This document shows, piece by piece, positions 62,932 to 64,000 of a stretch of DNA of 64,000 nt (its first letter is position 1; each line of letters opens with the position of its first letter). The stretch is from an uncultured Anaerolineae bacterium. Lineage in GTDB: Bacteria > Chloroflexota > Anaerolineae > Fen-1058. The notes beneath the pieces were generated by a model that saw nothing but the letters and a program-made list of their open reading frames with translations, ran no database searches and was not told the DNA's origin. The position numbers and the translations under genes were made by a program. Location: NCBI GenBank assembly GCA_964398185.1, contig CAYNML010000025.1, forward strand, positions 4,031 through 68,030. Direction: 5' to 3'.

Positions 62932-64000
62932 ATGCCCGTCTCCTCAATGTCTTCCGAAGAAATGGTCGCCCTGAGCAAACAGTACACGTTCTGGTCGTGG
63001 TCGGCGCAGGACAGCGTCAACCCCATCCCGCTGGAGCGCGCCGAGGGCATTTACTTCTGGACGCCCGACGGCAAACGCTACATCGATATGAACTCGCAGT
63101 TGATGTGCGTCAACATCGGCCACGGGAACAAGAAAGTGATTTGCGCCATTCAAGACCAGGCGGAGAAGTTGGCCTACGCCGGCCCCAGCATGGCGAGCGA
63201 GGTGCGCGCAAAGATTGGGCCGCTGCTGGCGAAGCACACGCCGGGCGATCTGAACAAGTTCTTCTTCACGCTCGGCGGCGCGGAAGCGAACGAGAACGCG
63301 ATCAAGTTGGCGCGGCAGTTTACAGGGAAGCAGAAGATCATCACGCGCTACCGATCGTATCACGGCGCGACGGCGGGCGCTATAACGCTGACGGGCGATT
63401 ATCGCCGCTGGGCCAATGAGCCGGGCATCCCCGGCGTGGTGCGCGTCTTCGATCCGTACAAGTATCGCTGCACGTTCTGCAAGAATAATCCCGGCGGCTG
63501 CACCATGGACTGCCTCAATCACATCGAGGAGGTGATCCAGTACGAAGGGCCGCACACCATCGCCGCGCTGTTCATCGAGACGGTGACGGGCACCAATGGG
63601 TTGATCGTGCCGCCCGACGGTTATCTACAGGGTCTGCGGCAGTTGTGCGACAAGTACGGCATTCTGCTGGTGTGCGATGAAGTGATGGCGGGCTTTGGCC
63701 GCACGGGCGAATGGTTCGCCGTCGATCACTGGAACATCGTGCCGGATATCATGACCATGGCAAAGGGTCTGACCTCGTCGTATCTGCCGCTGGGCTGCGT
63801 GGCGATGAACGGCAAGATCGCCGATTACTTCGGCAAGAATGTGTACTACGGCGGCCTGACGTACAACGCCCACCCGATGAGCCTGGCCGCCGCCATCGCG
63901 ACGATCGAAGTGATGGAAGAAGAGGACATCGTGGGCAATGCCAGGCGCATGGGCCAGGTGATGGCGGCGCTGCACGACGATCTAAAAGCGGAACATGCTT
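62932..64000 (+). CDS. Class III (omega) aminotransferase, 3'-partial
   Basis: PLP class-III motifs (...FTLGGAEANENAIKLAR..., ...DEVMAGFGRTGEWFA..., ...MAKGLTSSY... with the Schiff-base Lys). RBS AAGGAT before ATG 62932. Runs off the window end, so it is absent from the ORF track. Confidence 0.8.
   Translation, partial: MPVSSMSSEEMVALSKQYTFWSWSAQDSVNPIPLERAEGIYFWTPDGKRYIDMNSQLMCVNIGHGNKKVICAIQDQAEKLAYAGPSMASEVRAKIGPLLAKHTPGDLNKFFFTLGGAEANENAIKLARQFTGKQKIITRYRSYHGATAGAITLTGDYRRWANEPGIPGVVRVFDPYKYRCTFCKNNPGGCTMDCLNHIEEVIQYEGPHTIAALFIETVTGTNGLIVPPDGYLQGLRQLCDKYGILLVCDEVMAGFGRTGEWFAVDHWNIVPDIMTMAKGLTSSYLPLGCVAMNGKIADYFGKNVYYGGLTYNAHPMSLAAAIATIEVMEEEDIVGNARRMGQVMAALHDDLKAEHA

Overview
GC-rich (~60%+) bacterial chromosomal segment; the synteny is Firmicutes/Chloroflexi-like (asp23–yloV–recG, rpmF, fabD–fabG, asp23–nusB) and the taxon is not resolved. 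Both strands are densely coding. Housekeeping genes: rpmB, rpmF, recG, coaD, nusB, tatAC, hisS plus tRNA-His, ftsK, xerD, queA, ruvB, upp, tpiA, HU, moeA. Lipid-handling genes are over-represented: the FakA/FakB fatty-acid kinase system with two DegV, fabD plus tandem fabG, PaaI thioesterase, two patatin-like lipases, a PlsC-like acyltransferase, a GMC oxidoreductase, Fe-ADH, three SCP2 lipid-carrier paralogs, an acyl-CoA-binding protein, DgkA, and a phasin/PhaR pair with no PHA synthase in the window. Main hunt results: (i) a His-codon-rich leader peptide plus intrinsic terminator behind a perfect consensus sigma70 promoter upstream of hisS–tRNA-His, i.e. a candidate ribosome-mediated attenuator; (ii) a GxxExxY PD-(D/E)xK nuclease domain fused in frame to a threonine dehydratase through 36-bp tandem repeats and bounded downstream by an inverted copy of those repeats, i.e. 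a TIR-flanked insertion module; (iii) an IS200-like RAYT transposase flanked by REP hairpins; (iv) a dispersed family of 7-bp-period tandem repeats (NNNNACG, GTTGTTG, NNCAATG) at several intergenic loci; (v) repeated TGACGCA motifs at the phasin and phaR promoters as a candidate PhaR operator; (vi) a bacterial cPGS-like P-loop protein and a pyruvate kinase lacking its C-terminal domain. Many long ORFs antisense to real genes are rejected as GC artefacts. No CRISPR array, rRNA or prophage was detected.
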